Below, in pieces: positions 15,498 through 23,796 of a DNA stretch of 32,000 nucleotides. Position numbers and translations under genes: made by a program. Position 1 is the first letter of the stretch. Each line of letters begins with the position of its first letter. The stretch comes from Candidatus Saccharimonadota bacterium (GTDB lineage: Bacteria > Patescibacteriota > Saccharimonadia > Saccharimonadales > Saccharimonadaceae), in contig DIRZ01000002.1 in NCBI GenBank assembly GCA_002421785.1, forward strand, positions 30,001 to 62,000, in the 5' to 3' direction. Under the pieces are notes generated by a model. The model saw only the letters and a program-made list of their open reading frames with translations. It did not search any database and was not told the DNA's origin.

Positions 15498-15756
15498 AGA
15501 TTTTTAGCGTACACGCTAGACTAATGTGCGATATACAGCTGCCATTCGGCAGGCACCACATCCACCGCGATCTTTTTGCTCCTGCTTGGGGCAAATTCGA
15601 CTGCTATTGGCATGTGTTTTTTACCTTGGTTTCGTTTAACGAAGTGCGATTCGACCTTTAAAATTACTTTTATTTGTTCTAGGTGCACTTTTTGAAACCT
15701 TACCGAGAGTAGCACTCAAAAGCGTTATGGCGCAAGCATGGGCAATTTGCCCCTCT

Positions 15757-17439
15757 TTACTCACCTGGTGTAAGTTTCACACCACCGCGCAGTGGTCGTT
15801 CTTTTATAAAGGTAACGAGAACCAGTCCAGCTGCCATAAGTATCGAGCTGACAAGGAATATTTGGTGTAATGATACCGTAAACGAATCGATGAGCTTCAC
15901 GCGGAAATCTTTTTGTTGTGCGTTTACCTGTACAACGAGCGCTTCCTGCGCCTGGAGTGGGAGTGGCATCTCTTTAACACCTTGCTTCAGGCCCTCTGTA
16001 ATCGTCTGCTCCTGCGCATTGATTCGAAGCAGTGTATCAGCGGTAATCTCATCGCCAATCACTTGCTGTGCGGCGGGCGACTGCTTAAGTGTTTGTACGT
16101 AAGGAATGTTGTTTGGATTGCCAATAGCACCAATAATGCCTGTCGTGAGCAGTCCACTGAGAATTGCGGTACCCACCGTGGAGCCAAGCCCACGAAACAA
16201 CTGCACACTCGACGTCGCGGCACCCAAATCCTTTTGCTCGAACTCATTCTGTACCGCAAGGTTCAGAATTGGCATCGCCATACCAAGCCCAAGTCCACAA
16301 AATGCCATAATAATCGCTTCATGCCAATATGGCGAGTCAGGCTGCAGTGTAATGAGCGCAAAAATACTAAGTGAAGCGAGAGTGAAGCCAGCAATGATGA
16401 AGCGCTTGTACCTCCCGATTCTGGACACAATCTGTCCGGTCGTAATTGACGAAATCATCATGCCGCCAACCATCGGAAGCAACATCAGGCCCGCGCCAGT
16501 AGCGTCTGCACCGAATACCTGCTGATTAAACTGAGTGAGGTACAGGATAGAGCCCATGAATCCCGCGCCAAAAAGCAGTGTCACGGCGGTCATCAATGTA
16601 TACGTCCGGTTTTTAAAGAATACTAAGGGCAGTATAGGCTGCCGGGCACGTCGTTCGATCCATATGAATATTGCGAGTGCTACCAATGCCGTCACCCAAA
16701 GTGCACCTTGCAGGAGGCCCAGCGACAACCCGGCATCGATTAGCCCCTTAAAGATAGTTTCCGTGTTGTCCACGGCCAAAACGATAGCTGCCAACGCGAC
16801 CGATACCGCAGCCATCCCCGCGTAGTCTGGATGGTGTTCGGTGTCGTGGCGAATGGTCGGTAGCTTCGCCGCAATGACTGCACACGCCAGAATTCCTATG
16901 GGTACATTGATAAAAAATGTCCATCGCCAGTCAGTCATGGTGCCAAAAAGTGCCTGACCGTCAGTCAGCCAGCCGCCGAGCAACGGCCCAATGACGCTAC
17001 TCATACCAAATACTGCACCGATCATTCCCTGCCACTTACCCCGCTCGCGCGGCGTAAACAGGTCCCCTACAATCGTGAAGGCGTTAGCAGTAATAATACC
17101 GCCACCAATACCCTGCAGGGCACGCCACGCAATCAGCCACTCAATGCTAGGCGATAAGCCAGCTAGTAGCGATCCAATCGTAAAAACGCTCACACCGATA
17201 AGGAGCATCAGACGACGCCCATACATATCGCTTAACTTCCCTGCAATTGGGGTCATAATTGTCGTCATAAGCATATAGGCCGTGACGACGAAGCCCAAGC
17301 TACTGAAGCTATTGAAATCATTGACAATTGCACCAAGAGCGGTAGAGATAATAGTTTGATCAAGTGCGACAAGAAACAGCCCGCTCATAACCGCGAGCAT
17401 AACAATCACCTTCTCGCGTTTCGTTATGTGATGAAGCAT
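15757..17439 (-). CDS. MFS transporter, DHA2 (EmrB/QacA-like, 14-TM) drug/proton antiporter family
   Basis: 560 aa with LDQTIISTALGAI, the motif-A-like GKLSDMYGRRLMLL, and WRWTFFINVPIG. The extra central helices and a long C-terminal extracytoplasmic loop before the last TM are typical of DHA2. Confidence 0.85.
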   Translation of the reverse strand: MLHHITKREKVIVMLAVMSGLFLVALDQTIISTALGAIVNDFNSFSSLGFVVTAYMLMTTIMTPIAGKLSDMYGRRLMLLIGVSVFTIGSLLAGLSPSIEWLIAWRALQGIGGGIITANAFTIVGDLFTPRERGKWQGMIGAVFGMSSVIGPLLGGWLTDGQALFGTMTDWRWTFFINVPIGILACAVIAAKLPTIRHDTEHHPDYAGMAAVSVALAAIVLAVDNTETIFKGLIDAGLSLGLLQGALWVTALVALAIFIWIERRARQPILPLVFFKNRTYTLMTAVTLLFGAGFMGSILYLTQFNQQVFGADATGAGLMLLPMVGGMMISSITTGQIVSRIGRYKRFIIAGFTLASLSIFALITLQPDSPYWHEAIIMAFCGLGLGMAMPILNLAVQNEFEQKDLGAATSSVQLFRGLGSTVGTAILSGLLTTGIIGAIGNPNNIPYVQTLKQSPAAQQVIGDEITADTLLRINAQEQTITEGLKQGVKEMPLPLQAQEALVVQVNAQQKDFRVKLIDSFTVSLHQIFLVSSILMAAGLVLVTFIKERPLRGGVKLTPGE

Positions 17440-17440
17440 C

Positions 17441-17686
17441 TTACTTTCCGGCCCTTCGAAGCGTTTGTTTCATTGCCGTAAACTGGTCGCCCATTTTTTC
17501 AACATATTCCTGCGCCTGCTGTTCGGTAATGAACGCGACTGACTTTTTTTCGTCAAAATACAGCGCAATGAGTTTATCACCAGGTGTAATGCCCATGCCC
17601 TCACGGACCTCTACAGGTATAACCACCTGGCCCTTAGGGCCCACGGTGACCGTGCCCATTAATTGAATATGTTTATGAAATGTCAT
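17441..17686 (-). CDS. AbrB/MazE/SpoVT-family DNA-binding protein
   Basis: 81 aa with the swapped-hairpin motif TVGPKGQVVIPVEVREGMGITPGDKL. Its stop TAA is 1 nt from the MFS ATG, indicating translational coupling. Confidence 0.8.
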   Translation of the reverse strand: MTFHKHIQLMGTVTVGPKGQVVIPVEVREGMGITPGDKLIALYFDEKKSVAFITEQQAQEYVEKMGDQFTAMKQTLRRAGK

Positions 17687-17723
17687 AGTTATACATGTTA
17701 TACAAGTATAACTATAGTGTCAA
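17685..17723 (-). promoter_or_regulatory. sigma70-like promoter overlapped by a perfect 10-bp inverted repeat (putative operator)
   Basis: On the minus strand the elements are TTGACA (17723-17718), a 17-nt spacer, TAACAT (17700-17695), 8 nt, then ATG 17686. The inverted repeat is ATAGTTATAC (17685-17694) / GTATAACTAT (17706-17715) with an 11-nt spacer. It covers the -35/-10 spacer and the start-codon region. Confidence 0.55.
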
Positions 17724-17728
17724 GTCGC

Positions 17729-18412
17729 TTATGGTAGCTTACGGAGAACCCGGTTACCAAGCCGTGACCTGAACATCAGAGTCACAGCCATCACCCACCC
17801 GCCGCTCACAAGCCAGCCCGCCAAAATATCGGTCGGATAATGGACGCCCAGGTAAAGCCGGCTAAACCCAACAAACACTATGTAAAACGTCGCCGCGGTG
17901 AACGCCCACCAACGCCAACGTGAATCCCACAACGCAACAACAATCGCCGCGCCGAGGGCTGCGCTAGCCATCGCATGACCCGATGGAAACGAGAACCCTG
18001 GCTCTCGGACCAACGTCTCCCATAGGTCGGGGCGTGCTCGCTCGAACACGCTTTTGAGTATCAGGTTTATCCCTGCCGCTCCAGCAACAGTAATCGATAC
18101 CATAAGTGCCCGACGCCGTTCGTTCTTGTAGACAAAGAGTGCCGTCATAATAAGCGTAATAGCCACCACGCCGACGACGCCTCCAATATCAGTGGCGATG
18201 GGCATAAACGTATCGAGGAAATAGTTGCTCATACCATGAACAAGATTCAACACTGCAGTATCAAATGGCAACGTGTCCATTTCACGGACTTCGTCTGAAA
18301 GCCCGACGAATGCAAGCGTGCATAGCACAAAGCCGACAAACAGCGCTATCACTCCTGCGGTGAAGTACACTTGCGGCTTCTCAATTTGCTTTACATCATC
18401 AAGCTTAGTCAT
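17729..18412 (-). CDS. PAP2-family phosphatase (undecaprenyl-diphosphate/phosphatidate phosphatase-like)
   Basis: All three PAP2 motifs are present (KSVFERARP, PSGH, SRLYLGVHYPTD), embedded in about 6 TM helices. Confidence 0.85.
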   Translation of the reverse strand: MTKLDDVKQIEKPQVYFTAGVIALFVGFVLCTLAFVGLSDEVREMDTLPFDTAVLNLVHGMSNYFLDTFMPIATDIGGVVGVVAITLIMTALFVYKNERRRALMVSITVAGAAGINLILKSVFERARPDLWETLVREPGFSFPSGHAMASAALGAAIVVALWDSRWRWWAFTAATFYIVFVGFSRLYLGVHYPTDILAGWLVSGGWVMAVTLMFRSRLGNRVLRKLP

Positions 18413-18414
18413 GT

Positions 18415-19338
18415 CTACCTCTTTTTTATGAAATAATAGCTAATCGAAAATGCCGCGGCCGCACTGACAGCCACAATGGCCCAGAATGCACCTGCTTGGC
18501 TTGTATCGAAAGGAAATTGAACATTCATTCCAAAAATACCGGCAAGCATCGTAGGGACAGTCAATGATAGCGTCGCTACGGTCAAAACGCGCATTGTCTC
18601 GTTCAAACGGGTGTCCATAACGGCGCGGTAACTATCGCGCACATTGGTAATCGTACGCAGAAGTGATTTACATCGAGCAATCACCTGCTCGATGTCGACA
18701 GACAAATCCTCCACCATCTCTCCATCCTCTTCTTCGAGTTTAATCAACTGCGCCCGTGGGCTCAGCGTTTTTTCGAGGGCGGTGTTTGTGGGGATAAGCG
18801 CATCAAGATAATCATTCAGCTTGCGCTCGTACTCCACGAATGTCGCAATGTCTTTCGGTTTCAAATTGGTAATGTCGCCCGTCGCTGCTCGCATTTGCCG
18901 GTTAATTTGTGCCACGCGAGTCTGGTAAGAGCGCAGAATCATTTCAACCATCATGATGAAGAGTTCTGTTTGCCGGCCTGTTTTTGCCGTCGATGAATCA
19001 ATAAATGGCTGCCATAACCGGCCGAGCAAATCCCTGCTAATCGTGATAGTCTGTTCTTTACCAAGCGCAAACATAATTGGCGTCGTGTAGTCGTTAAAGT
19101 CATCACCAACATCCGGAACCCTCGTGATGAAATACGTCCATCCGTCATCGTGCTCAATACGCGGAACCTCGTGGGGGTCGAGGGCATCGGTCAGGATATC
19201 TTCATCGATACCCATCGCTTGAAGCCCCGCGATTTCAGTACCACTTGGTCGTTCACTTCGAACCCATGATCCAGCAAGGAGCCGTTGGCGTTCACGTATT
19301 CGGCCTGTCTCGGCATCGGTTCGATAGTAAGTTAGCAT
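18415..19338 (-). CDS. corA: CorA-family magnesium/cobalt transporter
   Basis: 307 aa. A cytoplasmic domain is followed by two C-terminal TM helices carrying the GMN signature (LAGIFGMNVQFP). Confidence 0.85.
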   Translation of the reverse strand: MLTYYRTDAETGRIRERQRLLAGSWVRSERPSGTEIAGLQAMGIDEDILTDALDPHEVPRIEHDDGWTYFITRVPDVGDDFNDYTTPIMFALGKEQTITISRDLLGRLWQPFIDSSTAKTGRQTELFIMMVEMILRSYQTRVAQINRQMRAATGDITNLKPKDIATFVEYERKLNDYLDALIPTNTALEKTLSPRAQLIKLEEEDGEMVEDLSVDIEQVIARCKSLLRTITNVRDSYRAVMDTRLNETMRVLTVATLSLTVPTMLAGIFGMNVQFPFDTSQAGAFWAIVAVSAAAAFSISYYFIKKR

Positions 19339-19376
19339 GTCATCATTTTACCTCATGTTATAGTAGTTTATACAGT

Positions 19377-20441
19377 ATGAAACATTTTCACCCCGCTCAC
19401 CCACTTCGTATCTTTGCTATTTCAGGTATCCTCACCATTGCACTCGCCGCGTTTGTATTTGGCCAACTTGGCTTTGCGGGGCTATGGATATTCACCATTC
19501 TTGTCATCCTTGAAGTAACCTTTAGTTTTGACAATGCCGTCATTAACAGCAAGGTCCTTTCCCGAATGTCACTCATATGGCAAAAGATATTCCTGACCGT
19601 GGGCATCTTCATCGCCGTGTTCGTTGTACGCTTCCTGCTCCCCATTGTCATTGTCATGCTTGCATCAAACAATGGATTCGGTGAAGTTGTGAACCTTGCA
19701 CTGAACCAGCCCGAACAATATGGCGAAACGCTTCATAAAGCAGCCCCTATGATCGACGCATTCGGTGGCGCTTTCCTGATTATGATTGGGATTAGTTATT
19801 TTATGGACCGCCGCAAAGACATTCACTGGCTTGGCAGTATCGAGAAACGGCTAGCCTCTGCAGGAAGGTTTGAAAACCTCAAGGTACTCGTAATGCTCAG
19901 CGTCGCGATGGTGCTCTATGCGACCGTCGGCGAAGAGTATCGAACAACAGTACTCGCTGCCAGCATACTCGGCGTATTACTCCACATGGGGCTCGAGCTC
20001 TTCGGTAGTATTTTTGAAAAACACCAAAAGACTTCAAACGCGGTTAAGCAAACAGGCATGGCCGCTTTTGCTTCGTTTCTTTACCTCGAAGTGTTGGATG
20101 CATCGTTTTCGTTCGATGGCGTCATTGGCGCATTCGCAATCACCAATAGCGTCATCTTGATTATTGCTGGCCTTGGTGCGGGCGCTATTTGGGTCAGGTC
20201 GCTGACTGTTTATTTACTTCGCACCGGCACACTGGCAAAATATCGCTTCTTGGAACACGGGGCGCACTGGGCAATTCTGGCACTTGGCATCATCATGTTC
20301 GTCAAGCTCTACCACGTCGAACCGCCAGAATGGATGACTGGTTCACTTGGTCTTGTATTCATTGGAACCGCAATTGTATCGAGCATCATTGAAAGTCGAC
20401 GCGAACAGCCAAAAGACGACGACGGTTACGTCGGACTGTAA
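19377..20441 (+). CDS. DUF475/TerC-like integral membrane protein
   Basis: It is multi-TM with two FSFDN/FSFDG repeats (LEVTFSFDNAVINSKVL; LDASFSFDGVIGAFAI), which are characteristic of the TerC/DUF475 group. I chose the start at ATG 19377. The track's 19245 start would overlap corA. Confidence 0.65.
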   Translation: MKHFHPAHPLRIFAISGILTIALAAFVFGQLGFAGLWIFTILVILEVTFSFDNAVINSKVLSRMSLIWQKIFLTVGIFIAVFVVRFLLPIVIVMLASNNGFGEVVNLALNQPEQYGETLHKAAPMIDAFGGAFLIMIGISYFMDRRKDIHWLGSIEKRLASAGRFENLKVLVMLSVAMVLYATVGEEYRTTVLAASILGVLLHMGLELFGSIFEKHQKTSNAVKQTGMAAFASFLYLEVLDASFSFDGVIGAFAITNSVILIIAGLGAGAIWVRSLTVYLLRTGTLAKYRFLEHGAHWAILALGIIMFVKLYHVEPPEWMTGSLGLVFIGTAIVSSIIESRREQPKDDDGYVGL

Positions 20442-21694
20442 AGTAACTCAGGCGTACTGCCTTTAGGATAAACGACCAGGGGGCTCTGCTCCATTGACCA
20501 GGCGTCAAGCAACGGCTGCAGCACTCGCCAGCTTTCCAAAATCTCCGCGCTTGAAGTGAAAAGACTCTTTCTTGAATCAATCGCATCGACGAGTACTTGC
20601 TCGTATGCATCAGGAAGCTCCGCGTCTGCTGGGTACGAAAAGGCCAATTGGCGCTGCTCTAGCTCGTGGCTATAACCAGGTTTTTTGGTGACTAATGCGA
20701 TTTCAACTCCTTCATGAGGTTGGATCCTAAATAGTAAGCAGTTGCTCTGCGAATCATGGCTTTTCGTAAAATGAATACGGATTTCCGTGGTCTTTTGTGC
20801 AAGGGCTTTGCCTGTCATCACCACGATCGGAACACCCTGCCATTCAGGAGCCTGCGAATGAAGCGTGACACCGACAAATGTCTCCGTACGGCTGCCCGGG
20901 TTTTGCGCTTCTTCATCATAACCTTTGTACTGCCCACGTACACTCTGGGCGGGGTCTGCCACGCTCAGCTGCTCTAAGGCTCTTAGTCTCTGCGCCGGGA
21001 CATCGTTCCATGACACACTCGCGGGAACGTCCATGAGCACTAACGATAATAGTTGCATTAAGTGTCCCTGTAATACGTCCCGAAGGGCGCCCGTTTGCTC
21101 GTAAAATTCCGCCCTACCTTCTATGCCAATTTTTTCACTCGCAACCAGCTCTATGCGCTCAATGTGGCGGTTATTCCATACCTGCGCAAAAAGTGCATTT
21201 TGAGTGCGAAATGTTACGATATTCTGCGCCATTTCTTTTGCCAGATAATGGTCGATGCGGTACAAGGCTGATTCATCAAAATACGAAGACGTTTCTGCTA
21301 TCATCTCTTTTGCGGACTCGGCGTCGATGCCAAAAGGTTTCTCAAACAGAATCTTTACACCAGGCTGGTTAAACTTTGCCGCTCCCATGTGCGCAACAAT
21401 CTGCGGGACCGCTAGTGGCGGCACCGACAAATAAATAATTGTTTGCTCGCCGTTGCGGACGACTTCTTTGTATAGCCGATCATAGTCTGCAGCATTCGCG
21501 AGGTCCATCATGAAGAGCCTACTAAAAGCAGCAAGCTCCTCGCCCACAAGGCCAGTGATATCTACCTCACGGCGCGAAACACCCACAACAGAGAATTCAT
21601 GGTCAGTCCGTTGGTGAATCTGCCTGAGGGCAGGAAGCAATTTTCGGCGGCTCAAATCACCCGTAATGCCGACAATGACAAATGTGGTCTTCAT
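20426..21694 (-). CDS. zwf: glucose-6-phosphate 1-dehydrogenase (short form, 422 aa)
   Basis: It has the NADP-binding VGITGDLSRRKLLPAL motif, the substrate motif RIDHYLAKE, and FEKPFG. Confidence 0.9.
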   Translation of the reverse strand: MKTTFVIVGITGDLSRRKLLPALRQIHQRTDHEFSVVGVSRREVDITGLVGEELAAFSRLFMMDLANAADYDRLYKEVVRNGEQTIIYLSVPPLAVPQIVAHMGAAKFNQPGVKILFEKPFGIDAESAKEMIAETSSYFDESALYRIDHYLAKEMAQNIVTFRTQNALFAQVWNNRHIERIELVASEKIGIEGRAEFYEQTGALRDVLQGHLMQLLSLVLMDVPASVSWNDVPAQRLRALEQLSVADPAQSVRGQYKGYDEEAQNPGSRTETFVGVTLHSQAPEWQGVPIVVMTGKALAQKTTEIRIHFTKSHDSQSNCLLFRIQPHEGVEIALVTKKPGYSHELEQRQLAFSYPADAELPDAYEQVLVDAIDSRKSLFTSSAEILESWRVLQPLLDAWSMEQSPLVVYPKGSTPELLYSPT

Positions 21695-21731
21695 GTATTC
21701 AGTATGTCACTCCCCGACAAAATTCACCAGA

Positions 21732-22109
21732 CTATACTCGGTGGGTTTTTGTAAGCGTAGAGCCTGCAGAAGCTTCAAACTCTGCTTCGAAGGCTTCCAT
21801 GCTAACCAATAAGCCAGCGAGGAAATAAGCGACAGAATCAAGCAATCCTAGCTGATAATTGATAGTCTGGGTGATAGAAAAAGCAATAATTAGCAATGCG
21901 AATCCTGCGAGTACTAGCCGTGCATTTTGCGAACGCGGTCGGGTCGCAATTAGTGTTGCAGCTAGTGCACAGGCAATCACAATTCTCGCAATAATGTGAT
22001 CAATATCTGTGCTCATAAATAGGCTGAAGCCTACTTCAACATTGAATGCTGCTACCGAAGCCATAAGAAGTAGCGCGCATATTGTACTGAGTGTCAGTGC
22101 CTTTTTCAT
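21732..22109 (-). CDS. hypothetical 4-TM membrane protein
   Basis: 125 aa, with a strong SD (GGAGGAAGT) directly before the ATG and four hydrophobic helices. It lies 37 nt upstream of zwf on the same strand. Confidence 0.6.
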   Translation of the reverse strand: MKKALTLSTICALLLMASVAAFNVEVGFSLFMSTDIDHIIARIVIACALAATLIATRPRSQNARLVLAGFALLIIAFSITQTINYQLGLLDSVAYFLAGLLVSMEAFEAEFEASAGSTLTKTHRV

Positions 22110-22170
22110 ACTTCCTCCATTTGCTTTTTAACTGTATGTCATTATCTTATCCGAACAGCGCAATCCGTTC

Positions 22171-22186
22171 TGTGACATTTGTCACC
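22171..22186 (-). promoter_or_regulatory. Crp-type box 1 (TGTGAcatttgTCACc)
   Basis: It matches TGTGA-N6-TCACA at 9 of 10 positions. On the minus strand it lies exactly 21 nt upstream of TAAGAT (22149-22144), which places the box centre near -41.5 for the membrane-protein/zwf transcription unit. Confidence 0.6.
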
Positions 22187-22258
22187 ATGCTTACGTTATA
22201 GCTAAATCGTTACCCTCATCTGGAAATAATTGTGCCAAGCCGTACTCGCAACCACAGA

Positions 22259-22274
22259 AGTGACTATTTTCACA
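22259..22274 (+). promoter_or_regulatory. Crp-type box 2 (aGTGActatttTCACA) overlapping the crp core promoter
   Basis: It matches the consensus at 9 of 10 positions. It lies 8 nt upstream of a perfect TATAAT (22283-22288), which is itself 9 nt from the crp ATG. Confidence 0.55.
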
Positions 22275-22297
22275 GTCCAGAGTATAATAAAAGTAAG

Positions 22298-22963
22298 ATG
22301 AAGCAACTGTTGTCACAACTTCGCGAGGTCGGGACACTAACAGTCTACAGAAAAGGTTCGAGCCTGTATTTTCAGGGGGAGGTGCCTCGCTATGCCGTCA
22401 TCCTTCTGGATGGTATCGTCAAAGCGTACACCATCAGCCGCGAGGGCAACGAAACCATCGTCCACCTGTACGGCAAAGGCTCTATTCTTCCGCTTGCATG
22501 GGTGAACAGTCAGAGTCCTACCGCCCTCTTCAATTACGAAGCAGTCAACGATGTGCGCTGTCTTAAACTAAAGCGGGATGACTTCTTGCATATCATGAGC
22601 GAAAAGCCAGAATACCTCCGTGAATATCTTGATTACATGGTACACAACCAAGCTTCCATGCTTCTGCGCATCACCGGCCTCGCGCAGTCACGAGCAATCG
22701 AAAAAATCTGCTATACGCTGTACTTTTTGATGTTCCGCTATGGCATCGACCGTGGTAGTGGCGACTATGTCATTGATCTTAAGCTAACCCAAACTCTGCT
22801 TGCCGAGCTGATTGGCCAAACACGCGAATCCACCGCAAAGAACCTGAAGGTTCTCAAAGAAGCAGGTGTCGTCGACTACACGTCGTCAACGTATACAGTA
22901 AACAAACCACGGCTTGAGGCATACCTCGGCGAAGACTCGTTTCGAAACCTCGATATCAGTTAA
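22298..22963 (+). CDS. Crp/Fnr-family transcription regulator (cNMP-binding domain plus HTH; no Fnr Cys cluster)
   Basis: It has a beta-roll cNMP-binding domain (LYFQGEVPRYAVILLDGIVKAY...GNETIVHLYGKGSIL) and a C-terminal HTH (LTQTLLAELIGQTRESTAKNLKVLKEAGVV). I chose the start at ATG 22298. The track's GTG 22232 would place box 2 and the TATAAT inside the coding sequence. Confidence 0.85.
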   Translation: MKQLLSQLREVGTLTVYRKGSSLYFQGEVPRYAVILLDGIVKAYTISREGNETIVHLYGKGSILPLAWVNSQSPTALFNYEAVNDVRCLKLKRDDFLHIMSEKPEYLREYLDYMVHNQASMLLRITGLAQSRAIEKICYTLYFLMFRYGIDRGSGDYVIDLKLTQTLLAELIGQTRESTAKNLKVLKEAGVVDYTSSTYTVNKPRLEAYLGEDSFRNLDIS

Positions 22964-23355
22964 GCTTTTGACTTCTCTCTGAGAATGCTGTCAACTAAAT
23001 GCACTAGGTCTTTCGGCGCAATACGTGCTTTTAGGACGTAGCGATCCACACCAAGCTCGTGAGCTTCGTCGATATCTCGATGAGAATCATAATTAGAGAA
23101 CACAATGATTGTTGATTCAGGATGGTTCTTCGGCTGGTATTCCCGCAAGAATTCAATTCCTGACATGACAGGCATATTGAGATCAAGCAAGATGATGGAT
23201 GGGTCCTTTTGTTGACCCGCAATCACATCCAGCGCCTCCTGGCCATTATATGCCGTCAGTACAGCATGCTGGGAAATTGTTCCCAAAATCATTTTATATG
23301 CATCATTGAGTGCAATATCGTCTTCAACTACTAGTATCGTGGCAGGCCGTTTCAT
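22960..23355 (-). CDS. single-domain response regulator (CheY-like receiver only)
   Basis: 131 aa with the acidic pocket VVEDD, the phospho-acceptor LLDLNMP, VFSN, and the conserved Lys in YVLKA. There is no output domain. Confidence 0.85.
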   Translation of the reverse strand: MKRPATILVVEDDIALNDAYKMILGTISQHAVLTAYNGQEALDVIAGQQKDPSIILLDLNMPVMSGIEFLREYQPKNHPESTIIVFSNYDSHRDIDEAHELGVDRYVLKARIAPKDLVHLVDSILREKSKA

Positions 23356-23391
23356 ATATTTATCATACTACATATCCCCCTGTCCGGTGAC

Positions 23392-23407
23392 AGTGAGAAT
23401 TTTCACG
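23392..23407 (-). promoter_or_regulatory. Crp-type box 3 (aGTGAgaattTTCACg on the plus strand)
   Basis: It matches the consensus at 8 of 10 positions. On the minus strand it lies exactly 21 nt upstream of TAGTAT (23370-23365), which is 9 nt from the receiver-gene ATG. Confidence 0.55.
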
Positions 23408-23429
23408 AATCGCTTCACCGGGCATGCAA

Positions 23430-23456
23430 AAGGCCCGCGGGGGTAGTGCGGGCCTT
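23430..23456 (-). terminator. intrinsic terminator after the glsB-like gene
   Basis: The minus strand reads AAGGCCCGC-actaccccc-GCGGGCCTT followed by TTGC, a 9-bp GC-rich stem running into a 4-T run. It lies 24 nt downstream of the stop. Confidence 0.55.
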
Positions 23457-23479
23457 ATGAGGGGTAAGTAATAACTACT

Positions 23480-23737
23480 TTATCGACGGAATGCTTTGAG
23501 GATGGCAAGTAGAATCACTGCACCGAAGATTGCTGCAAGGATACCAGGGATGCTGAGTGATCCAGCGGCAACGCCGATTTGCAGGACGTTATTGAGGATA
23601 AATCCACCAATAAACGCACCGACGATACCAACGAGAATGTTCGCAAGTGCACCCATCTGTGCATCTGTTTTCATTATCATTGAAGCAATCCAACCAGCTA
23701 GCGCACCAACTAGTATCCATACGAGAAAGTCAATCAT
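23480..23737 (-). CDS. GlsB/YeaQ/YmgE-family stress-associated membrane protein
   Basis: 85 aa with the typical sequence WILVGALAGWIASMIM...ILVGIVGAFIGGFILN. An AAGGAG SD lies upstream. Confidence 0.85.
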   Translation of the reverse strand: MIDFLVWILVGALAGWIASMIMKTDAQMGALANILVGIVGAFIGGFILNNVLQIGVAAGSLSIPGILAAIFGAVILLAILKAFRR

Positions 23738-23796
23738 TTTGTTATACTCCTTTATTAATTGATGTTTCTATCGTAACGTGATTTAACTACCTTGCC

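Noticed and set aside
15521-15715. The 64-aa ORF in the track (GTG start) as a real gene.
   Set aside because: It has no SD, a non-ATG start and no motif, and an equally long antisense frame exists. It is kept only as a note under the unassigned-spacer finding.
17441-17686. The AbrB/MazE-fold gene as the antitoxin of a toxin-antitoxin module.
   Set aside because: The coupled downstream gene is a 560-aa 14-TM MFS pump, not a MazF/PIN/Doc-type toxin. An operator-like palindrome supports a transcription-regulator role.
19245-19376. The 19245 start for the DUF475/TerC-like gene.
   Set aside because: The extension is antisense to the corA 5' end and has no membrane character. ATG 19377 (MKHFHPAHPL) precedes the first TM helix.
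22232-22297. The GTG 22232 start for the Crp-family gene.
   Set aside because: The extension would put Crp box 2 and a perfect TATAAT inside the coding sequence. ATG 22298 gives a normal cNMP-domain N-terminus.
22298-22963. An Fnr-type (oxygen-sensing) assignment for the Crp/Fnr-family regulator.
   Set aside because: There is no N-terminal Cys cluster. The nearby boxes fit TGTGA-N6-TCACA rather than the TTGAT-N4-ATCAA Fnr consensus.
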